Assembly (NCBI RefSeq): GCF_001194135.2
Contig: NC_068993.1
Span: forward strand, 39,712,685-39,776,684
Length of the DNA stretch: 64,000 nucleotides
From: Octopus bimaculoides
Lineage: Eukaryota
Direction of reading: 5' to 3'
Shown in pieces: positions 62,712 to 64,000 of the stretch. Both the position numbers and the translations under genes were made by a program. How positions within the stretch are numbered: position 1 is the stretch's first letter; every line of letters begins with the position of its first letter. The notes beneath the pieces are model-generated. The model worked only from the letters and a program-made list of their open reading frames with translations, did no database searches and had not been told where the DNA came from.

Positions 62712-64000
62712 TCTCGTCTGGCCGTAAAGCCTTTTCTGTTTGTTTTCCTGTCTTGNNNNNNNNNNNNNNNNNNNNNNNNNNNNNNNNNNNNNNNNNNNNN
62801 NNNNNNNNNNNNNNNNNNNNNNNNNNNNNNNNNNNNNNNNNNNNNNNNNNNNNNNNNNNNNNNNNNNNNNNNNNNNNNNNNNNNNNNNNNNNNNNNNNNN
62901 NNNNNNNNNNNNNNNNNNNNNNNNNNNNNNNNNNNNNNNNNNNNNNNNNNNNNNNNNNNNNNNNNNNNNNNNNNNNNNNNNNNNNNNNNNNNNNNNNNNN
63001 NNNNNNNNNNNNNNNNNNNNNNNNNNNNNNNNNNNNNNNNNNNNNNNNNNNNNNNNNNNNNNNNNNNNNNNNNNNNNNNNNNNNNNNNNNNNNNNNNNNN
63101 NNNNNNNNNNNNNNNNNNNNNNNNNNNNNNNNNNNNNNNNNNNNNNNNNNNNNNNNNNNNNNNNNNNNNNNNNNNNNNNNNNNNNNNNNNNNNNNNNNNN
63201 NNNNNNNNNNNNNNNNNNNNNNNNNNNNNNNNNNNNNNNNNNNNNNNNNNNNNNNNNNNNNNNNNNNNNNNNNNNNNNNNNNNNNNNNNNNNNNNNNNNN
63301 NNNNNNNNNNNNNNNNNNNNNNNNNNNNNNNNNNNNNNNNNNNNNNNNNNNNNNNNNNNNNNNNNNNNNNNNNNNNNNNNNNNNNNNNNNNNNNNNNNNN
63401 NNNNNNNNNNNNNNNNNNNNNNNNNNNNNNNNNNNNNNNNNNNNNNNNNNNNNNNNNNNNNNNNNNNNNNNNNNNNNNNNNNNNNNNNNNNNNNNNNNNN
63501 NNNNNNNNNNNNNNNNNNNNNNNNNNNNNNNNNNNNNNNNNNNNNNNTATATATATATATATATATATATATATGCATATATATATATGTGTGTGTGTAT
63601 ATATGTGTGTGTGTAAGAATGTATAAGAGTAGCTATATATAATTATATGCATGTAGTAAGTACGTCAAGTGGTGGTAATGGTATATATGAAAAACATAAA
63701 TGAAAAATTATGGCAGAATTAAAGTTGCTAATCATTTATATACGTTTAATTAAAATTACACATGCAGTATGTATATTTCTATGTATAGTGTGTATATATT
63801 CTAGTTATTTATGTAATTACATTTGTTCTCATGTATACACGGTGACTCACACACATGCACATCCACCCAACATTCACACACACATACTTACATATATATA
63901 TATATATATATGTATGTGGGTTTGTATATATATATACATATATATATATATTGTTGTACTTGGGGATGGTCATATTGCCAGTTTAGCCAATATATATATA

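Overview
This is AT-rich eukaryotic DNA saturated with repeats, with about 25 N-gaps (roughly 8-9 kb) that almost all sit against microsatellites. The SINE families and microsatellite load look like an Octopus/cephalopod draft scaffold; that assignment is inference from pattern recognition, not a database hit. I find no intact protein-coding gene, rRNA, true tRNA, CRISPR array or prokaryotic system. Nearly every ORF in the supplied track is a microsatellite or N-gap artefact. What the sequence does support is a layered transposon record: dozens of tRNA-derived SINE copies from at least 4 families, three RLE-type (R4/Dong-like) LINE 3' fragments, an RTE LINE 3' end, two mariner transposase pseudogenes, a mariner MITE, a hAT MITE, a Helitron Rep fragment, a probable non-autonomous Helitron, and several Penelope-like (PLE) remnants. 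The most interesting signals are minimal hammerhead-ribozyme motifs with palindromic stem III inside the PLE remnants (13873-13947 and 31701-31739 on the minus strand, plus weaker remnants near 59770 and 39470). Also notable are elements inserted into (AAT)n microsatellites, an apparent excess of CRE palindromes, and a few weak candidate exons or regulatory islands.
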